Positions 58,248 through 64,000 of a stretch of 64,000 nucleotides of DNA are shown piece by piece. The stretch's first letter is position 1. Each line of letters begins with the position of its first letter. The stretch is from a virus: IMG/VR virus record IMGVR_UViG_3300012665_001507. One strand, given 5' to 3'. Below the pieces are notes generated by a model that worked only from the letters and a program-made list of their open reading frames with translations, searched no databases and had not been told where the DNA came from. The translations under genes were made by a program, and so were the position numbers.

Positions 58248-61200
58248 TTAATCAATACCTAATGCGAGAAGTTGTGAAAATCCAGCATTAATAGTACCCC
58301 CACCTTCATCTTGCCATTTAATTCTGAGCATACTAGGAAAACCATTACTACTAGTGCTATTCCACGTATTTAAGACAAAATTAGCTTTTATTGCGTCATC
58401 TATATAAAAATCAACTTGGAACGGAATCTTTGTTTTATTTTGAGTACCCGCAAAACTAAGTATTTGGTCCCTAGCACCACCAGTTGGATTTCCATCTTTA
58501 TCATCGTAAGCTTCAAACACTAGATTACTAGGAGAATTTGGTCTAACTTTTATATGACCAACACATACTTGTTTTCTTTCCCCATTTTCCACATAAACAA
58601 ATGCTTTGTGTGACTCGTTTAATTCTGGGTTTGGTACATTTTTTTTAGCGTTCCAATATAATAACATAGTTAACTGAATATCTGTAGGGTCTGATTCATC
58701 AATCTTATAAGTACCTTCATAACCAAAACAACTAATAACTGCCTTATCATCAATTGTTGTTGCTGTACTAGCAGCTGGTTTATTTTCAACAGCTTGTGCT
58801 GTAAGAGCTTGTTCATTAGCTTTTACTTGGTCAATTTCTGGTGTGTTATCTTTAATAATTTCTTCTGTAATTGTTATATCTGGATTTGCTGTACCACTTA
58901 GACCATTAAATAATTTATATTTTGGTATTTCGTTGGTTTTTGCATCTTTACCATCAGAATCTTGTGCAAAATAATCAGCTCTAGGGTCATATACTTGTGC
59001 GTTAGCAAAGTAGTTAAACGATAAAGCGTTCTGCAATTTATTCAATGGACCCATAAGTGTTGAAGCACCGATGAATTTAAACGACAATGTTACGTTAGCA
59101 ATCATTGGTTGAACACCCACACCTTCTGGGTTAAGGTCCCAAACCAATGGTTCGTAATCAATACTAAGACTATCGATAACAATCTTGGTATTATAGAAGT
59201 CACCTATTCTAAGTATACAAATTGGAGCCCTACCAAACGCTAAGTTATTAGCACCTTGTTTTTCCATAGTTGGTCCCTGTCTTGTACATTGCAATAAGAA
59301 TGTAAGTCTAGAGTTCAAACCTTCTGGTGTTGTTGAATGGAATGCTGGGTGAAAATATCTAATTTTCTCTCTGAAGCTATCAAAAACAAATGGGTCAATA
59401 TCGGTAAGTTGGTCAAAATAACCACATTCAGAATAAAATCTATTTTCAATTCTCGTAGTTATTCTTTTGTTTTGTTTTTTTATAATTGGTGGCGGTGTAG
59501 CAATATCTTCCGCAGCTAATTTAGGGTCAAATTCAAAAGAAATTGTTGCTCGCCTATCTTTTTTACATTGAAGTTTATCTGTTGGACATAATTGGTCTCT
59601 TGTTGCGTTGGTTACATTTGGAGGACATTTTGGACACCCAGTACCAGTTAATTGTTTTGTCTCACCAATTTTAAATCGTTTATCAAAATCAGCATCTGTT
59701 AGTTTAGGTAAAGCCGCTTTTATACTTGGCCACCATTTAGTTTTAACATCAGCTTTAATTTTTTCAGCTCTAGATTTAGCTAATCTATTGTTATACGTTA
59801 AACTACCTTGTTCACTAGCATAACCAGTTATTGTGGCCACACAATGTGGACATATTTCAGTTAAATGTTTGACTATGTAAGTATCGGTGTTAGGGTCAAA
59901 ATAACCACGTAATATATCATCATTAGCACCAACAACTGTCAATGGTGTTTGTGAGCTACCATTGGTTGCTTGTGAATAATTTAACCCATAGTTATTTCTA
60001 TCTGGCCAACCTTCAGCATCTGATTTTATACCGTTATTATGACTACCAGGTGTAAAATTAGCTTTATACGTACCTAACCCTTGACCAGCACCATCTAAAT
60101 TAGTCGAATAATCAATAGGTGCTTGTGTAGAAGCACTTAAACCGTTTTCATAAGGTGCGTATATTTCTGAATTATCATTAGGGAAATATACTGTTAAATC
60201 TCCTGGTGTACATTCTTCTGGAACAACTTTTTCAACTGGAATAGTTAAATCAGCATTAACAATTTCACTTCTTTCCGTAACAGTAAGTTTTTTACCCATT
60301 TCACTATTTGGGTCAATACATCCAGCCCAAAATGAATTAATATAATGGTCATCTGGACCATTAGGTCCTCTAAATGCATTAGCATAACTTGGATGGTCGA
60401 CTACAATTTTAAATGATAAACTACCACTTCTTTCAGTGTTGTTATAAGTGTAGACTGATTCACCTCTACCTATAAAATTATTAGACTCCCAATTCACACT
60501 ACTATTTTCACTAAATGAAATATCGTAAGGCGGGAACCACATTATCCTACCTTGCTTACCGCTTAATAAATCCCCTGGACCAATTTCACATTGTGGTAAT
60601 AATTCCAAGTCGTCTGACCAAGCTAAGTTTTCAATTGATAACATGAATTTTTTAGGGTCAGTTGGTGTATCTGTTGTATATGGTGCTATTTTAGGGAACC
60701 CGTATTCATCCAAAACTGAACCTTCAGTGTTAAACCTGTATGGTAATTTAGTTGAATCCCAAAGACCATGACTTCTAACCATTTTAGATACCGTATCATA
60801 TCTATCCAATGTTGTCCAACTTCTACAATATGTTTCTTCAGCTGTTTTATTTTCAGCACCCAAATACCTACCTGTGTTTTCATCAAACATAGCTTTAGTC
60901 ATTACAGCGTTACCTTTTGAAAAACCTTTACCGTTAGCTGTTTGTATCTGTGTTGATTTTTTATTCATATCCCCTTTTCTTGAGATAACGTTTTTCATAC
61001 CAACACTATTAAATAATTTTTGTGTTTTGACCAAAAGTGATTTTTTATCACCAATCATTTCATCATAATCAGCTCTAGTATTCACAAATTTACCACTAGG
61101 GTTACTAGTCCATGTAAAACCAACGTCACTTAATTTTCTTTCATCATATCCTGTATTACCACGTGGACCAGTGAAGTTTTCTTCTGGACTTTTAAACCCA

Positions 61201-62531
61201 TCATTAGACACTTTTTCTTCTCTCAAATAACTTAAATCAGCAATAACACCATCTTCTGCACTAAATAAATTTATCTTGGCACCTTGACTACTAAAAGCAT
61301 ATACCAATGCATCAGTTATTTGTATTTCACCTTTATTATTTGCAAATGCTGGTGCGTATCCGCTTCTAAATAACGATTTAGAAGGGTCATCTGAACCACC
61401 AGCGTTCGTTCCTATCTGATTTGCTCTAACGTTCGTTAAAAGGGCTTGTATTTGACCCTTACCTGTATTTAGAATCATAGCGTTTGCTCGCTCTATATTA
61501 CCAGAGTCATTGTTTTCTGTTTGAAAAATAGAACCAGCGTCATCTAAATAACTTCTAGGTATTGTAAACCCTAGGATTTTACCAGCAGTATCCAAAAGTC
61601 TACCACCACCAGTTTTTGGTATAGTAATTTTGTAGCTTGGTCTTAGACCAGCAAATCCATCACCTTTGATAAGACTAAGAATATTGTTTTGTATATTTAA
61701 TGAACCTAAAATTTCTTGTTGAACGTTGAATGCAGCATTATTAGCCAATGCCAACGCTAATTGTTGACCACCAATCATACCTAACTTGGTATCATTGATA
61801 AGACCTGTGGCACCTAATACTCTACCAGCCAAAGAACTTCTAATATCGAAGTTAGTTACAATACCACCTTTGGCTAAACCCAAACCTTGACCATTCAACA
61901 CACTACCAATAACATTAGCTGCTTGAATAGCACCACTACCACCTAAATTAAGACCACCATACGTGTCTAAATAACCAGAAACTTGTTGAGATATGTCTAA
62001 AGGTGTCAAAGTAATAAAATCAGCCATATCTATTTGTTTCGTTACATCTAGATATAAGTTTTTGATTACATTTTTCTTTCTGAATTGACCATCAATTGTT
62101 TTACCAACCAAACCATAATCATTAACATCTTGATTAGCTGTAGTTGGATAGTTTTGAATACCTTGTGGCCAGTTACTATTAGGGAAGTTAGCATTAGGTA
62201 TTGCACTTATATAATTGATATCTGTTAAAGCGTTTGCTGTTGAAGCTGCGTTTTGAAATGTATTTACAGCAATGTTTAAATCTTTGAATAAAATACCATT
62301 GGTTTCCAAAGGCAAATACAAAGGAATAACGTTACTACCGTTATTGACAAGTGTATCTAATACAGGTTCACCAATCTTTGGACTACCATTCAATGAAGTT
62401 GATATCTGAGGATAAGTAGGTAATAGATTTAAGTTCAATAAAAAGTCCCTAAGACCATAACTAGTTGCAACATCTGTGATATTGTTTTTGGTAGTTGGCG
62501 TAGGAGCACCTTGATTATAAAATATAGGCAT
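58248..62531 (-). CDS. Tail-tube initiator-like protein with inserted OmpA-like domain
   Basis: FPPYDISFSENSSVNWESNNFIGRGESVYTYNNTERSGSLSF...PICILRIGDF...MIANVTLSF brackets VYFPND...ITGYAS...NNRLAKSRA...DRRA. Confidence 0.65.
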   Translation of the reverse strand: MPIFYNQGAPTPTTKNNITDVATSYGLRDFLLNLNLLPTYPQISTSLNGSPKIGEPVLDTLVNNGSNVIPLYLPLETNGILFKDLNIAVNTFQNAASTANALTDINYISAIPNANFPNSNWPQGIQNYPTTANQDVNDYGLVGKTIDGQFRKKNVIKNLYLDVTKQIDMADFITLTPLDISQQVSGYLDTYGGLNLGGSGAIQAANVIGSVLNGQGLGLAKGGIVTNFDIRSSLAGRVLGATGLINDTKLGMIGGQQLALALANNAAFNVQQEILGSLNIQNNILSLIKGDGFAGLRPSYKITIPKTGGGRLLDTAGKILGFTIPRSYLDDAGSIFQTENNDSGNIERANAMILNTGKGQIQALLTNVRANQIGTNAGGSDDPSKSLFRSGYAPAFANNKGEIQITDALVYAFSSQGAKINLFSAEDGVIADLSYLREEKVSNDGFKSPEENFTGPRGNTGYDERKLSDVGFTWTSNPSGKFVNTRADYDEMIGDKKSLLVKTQKLFNSVGMKNVISRKGDMNKKSTQIQTANGKGFSKGNAVMTKAMFDENTGRYLGAENKTAEETYCRSWTTLDRYDTVSKMVRSHGLWDSTKLPYRFNTEGSVLDEYGFPKIAPYTTDTPTDPKKFMLSIENLAWSDDLELLPQCEIGPGDLLSGKQGRIMWFPPYDISFSENSSVNWESNNFIGRGESVYTYNNTERSGSLSFKIVVDHPSYANAFRGPNGPDDHYINSFWAGCIDPNSEMGKKLTVTERSEIVNADLTIPVEKVVPEECTPGDLTVYFPNDNSEIYAPYENGLSASTQAPIDYSTNLDGAGQGLGTYKANFTPGSHNNGIKSDAEGWPDRNNYGLNYSQATNGSSQTPLTVVGANDDILRGYFDPNTDTYIVKHLTEICPHCVATITGYASEQGSLTYNNRLAKSRAEKIKADVKTKWWPSIKAALPKLTDADFDKRFKIGETKQLTGTGCPKCPPNVTNATRDQLCPTDKLQCKKDRRATISFEFDPKLAAEDIATPPPIIKKQNKRITTRIENRFYSECGYFDQLTDIDPFVFDSFREKIRYFHPAFHSTTPEGLNSRLTFLLQCTRQGPTMEKQGANNLAFGRAPICILRIGDFYNTKIVIDSLSIDYEPLVWDLNPEGVGVQPMIANVTLSFKFIGASTLMGPLNKLQNALSFNYFANAQVYDPRADYFAQDSDGKDAKTNEIPKYKLFNGLSGTANPDITITEEIIKDNTPEIDQVKANEQALTAQAVENKPAASTATTIDDKAVISCFGYEGTYKIDESDPTDIQLTMLLYWNAKKNVPNPELNESHKAFVYVENGERKQVCVGHIKVRPNSPSNLVFEAYDDKDGNPTGGARDQILSFAGTQNKTKIPFQVDFYIDDAIKANFVLNTWNSTSSNGFPSMLRIKWQDEGGGTINAGFSQLLALGID

Positions 62532-62546
62532 AGTTATTTATTTATA

Positions 62547-62554
62547 TATAAATA
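62547..62554 (-). promoter_or_regulatory. TATTTATA candidate late promoter
   Basis: 15 nt upstream of the ATG at 62531. Confidence 0.6.
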
Positions 62555-62610
62555 CTATACTACTAAAAATTTTAAGAAAATAAATGCTTATTGATAAAAG
62601 AAGACCAAAT

Positions 62611-62635
62611 AAAAAAAGACACAATATGTGCCTTT
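62611..62635 (-). terminator. Intrinsic terminator
   Basis: AAAGGCACATATTGTGTCTTTTTTT on the minus strand. Confidence 0.7.
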
Positions 62636-62693
62636 AATTAATTTATATTATAATTAAATATTTAATTAATAATTTATAATATTATATATAATA
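62633..62693. other. 61-bp pure A/T tract (candidate DNA unwinding element)
   Basis: No G or C from 62633 to 62693; contains palindromes TAATTAAATATTTAATTA (62651-62668) and TATAATATTATA (62675-62686). Confidence 0.6.
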
Positions 62694-62706
62694 CTTTTTA
62701 TTTATA

Positions 62707-62737
62707 CAAAAATACGGTTTTTCAACCACAAAGTCAA
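62707..62737 (-). promoter_or_regulatory. Bacteroidota-type promoter firing into the A/T tract
   Basis: TTG-N20-TATTTTTG; no ATG before the downstream terminator. Confidence 0.65.
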
Positions 62738-62793
62738 GCTATTTGAAAACAATTATTAAATAAAATATCTAATACATTGATTATCAATTAGTT

Positions 62794-64000
62794 TTAACCT
62801 TTATTTTTACCACCATTTCTATTCTTCTCAAGTTCAGATTGAATAATCCTGGTTATATCACGTTTGAAACTAGCGTCTTTTAACAGGTCAACACCTTCTC
62901 CAGGATTTGAACCTTCACCACTAAGCATTATTTGACCAGAAATATTTAAGTCACCAAAACTATGTGATACGTTATTTGAACCACTATTTCCAACTACTTT
63001 ATCTATTGCACCTCCTGGTTTCATTGCGATTAAATCGTCTTTATTATCAATAGGTGTGATTTTTCCACCTTCAACTATCCCACGTTTTTTAGAAAAGTCT
63101 GGTCCTAATCTATCAACCATAGAAGGTCCAGACTTTATACCACTACCCAATCCACTTATTGCACCATCATGTATTGGGCTATTAAAAATCGCATCATGTA
63201 CACCAAAACTTCTTAACTCATCTCCGTAAATAGCATCACCACCAGCTTCACCTATCTTATCACCAGCTAAACCACCAAGAATACCACCAAGCAAACCACC
63301 AATAGCTGTACCAACACCAGGAAATATCATAGTACCAATCGCAGCACCACCAGCAGCACCACCCCATGCACCTAATCCAGAACTAGCAGCTCTTGTTGCT
63401 GTTCTACCCGCATTTTCACCACCACTCATACCAGCAGCAGCATTTTCAGAATATTCATCATATCCAGATATACCAGCTGAAAGTAAACCAGCACCGATAC
63501 CACCAAAACCTTTAGCAAATTTACCTATTTTTGAAGCACTTCTAAGCCTTCCAAATCTACCTTTACCTTTACCTTTACCACCTAGCATATCAGTTATATC
63601 GCTACCACTTCCACCGCCACCAGCAGATGCCACAGAATTAAAACCTAAACCTAATTCAATACCATTAGTGAACCATTTTGCTTTCTCCCAAAAGTAACCA
63701 ATTATTTTACCAACTGTAGGTGCTGCTTTGGCAAATAAATAAAGTCCAGCAGTTAATTTTGGCCACTCAATCATAAAACCACCAACACTAGATATCCATC
63801 CACCGACTACTTCTGCAAATTTTTCTATTTTTTCACCCCAACCACCTTTAGCTATAAATTTTTCACCCAAGCCTTGTAGTTTAGGTACCAACCTATCGTT
63901 TATTGTTTTTACTAATGGTAGTAAGCTAACTTTTAACTCGTTAATCAAGTAAGTTATTTGTTCATCAAAAGTAATTGATTGTTCAGCTCTTTCTTTCATT
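62794..64000 (-). CDS. Tape measure protein, C-terminal part (runs off the right edge)
   Basis: Helical region then Gly/Ala-rich GAWGGAAGGAAIG...GGLLGGILGG segments; directly upstream of tube-initiator, LysM and hub genes. Confidence 0.75.
   Translation of the reverse strand, partial: MKERAEQSITFDEQITYLINELKVSLLPLVKTINDRLVPKLQGLGEKFIAKGGWGEKIEKFAEVVGGWISSVGGFMIEWPKLTAGLYLFAKAAPTVGKIIGYFWEKAKWFTNGIELGLGFNSVASAGGGGSGSDITDMLGGKGKGKGRFGRLRSASKIGKFAKGFGGIGAGLLSAGISGYDEYSENAAAGMSGGENAGRTATRAASSGLGAWGGAAGGAAIGTMIFPGVGTAIGGLLGGILGGLAGDKIGEAGGDAIYGDELRSFGVHDAIFNSPIHDGAISGLGSGIKSGPSMVDRLGPDFSKKRGIVEGGKITPIDNKDDLIAMKPGGAIDKVVGNSGSNNVSHSFGDLNISGQIMLSGEGSNPGEGVDLLKDASFKRDITRIIQSELEKNRNGGKNKG

Noticed and set aside
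617-61068. Many plus-strand and short nested ORFs in the track (e.g. 617..997, 2363..2773, 7426..7833, 37973..38287, 49925..50203, 54699..55064)
   Set aside because: They are antisense or alternate-frame shadows of well-supported minus-strand genes, with no motifs or promoters.
1-64000. Stop-codon reassignment as in some large phages
   Set aside because: Genes are full length and densely packed under the standard code; no fragmentation pattern.
1-64000. tRNA or rRNA genes
   Set aside because: Intergenic gaps are short and AT-rich; no cloverleaf or T-loop signatures seen. A tRNA/covariance scan would be needed to exclude them formally.

Overview
A 64 kb segment of a large, AT-rich, contractile-tailed (myovirus-type, probably jumbo) phage genome. 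The host is most likely Bacteroidota: there are eight TTG-N20-TAnnTTTG promoters, a sigma factor resembling the Bacteroidota primary sigma, SprB-like repeats and a Q-rule signal peptide. All credible genes but one (a GNAT acetyltransferase) are on the minus strand and read in the standard code. In transcription order (right to left) the window holds: tape-measure C-terminus; a 61-bp pure A/T tract with promoter and terminator; tube-initiator-like protein with an OmpA-like insert; LysM/gp53-like protein; 2128-aa hub carrying M15 peptidase and lysozyme-like domains; a replication block (gp32-like SSB, UvsX/RecA, 5'-3' exonuclease, DnaB/gp41 helicase, nrdB, nrdA); a baseplate/tail block (gp25, gp6/gpJ, Cys-rich proteins, a minimal nucleotidyltransferase, a fibre with about 50 SHAEG repeats, two collar-fibre-like paralogs); a second replication/recombination block (RuvC-like, primase, PD-(D/E)XK nuclease, Mre11, Rad50); sigma70; and a lysis-like cluster. 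The strongest unexplained signals are: a [ST][GA]xT motif enriched across many unrelated tail proteins (candidate virion-modification sequon), a two-class promoter system (host-type TAnnTTTG versus TATTTATA), a probably capsid-packaged GNAT, an origin-like non-coding unit, an Mre11/Rad50 pair with a shifted gene boundary, and a degenerate amidase beside an atypical spanin-like pair. All product calls come from motif recognition by eye; no database searches were run.
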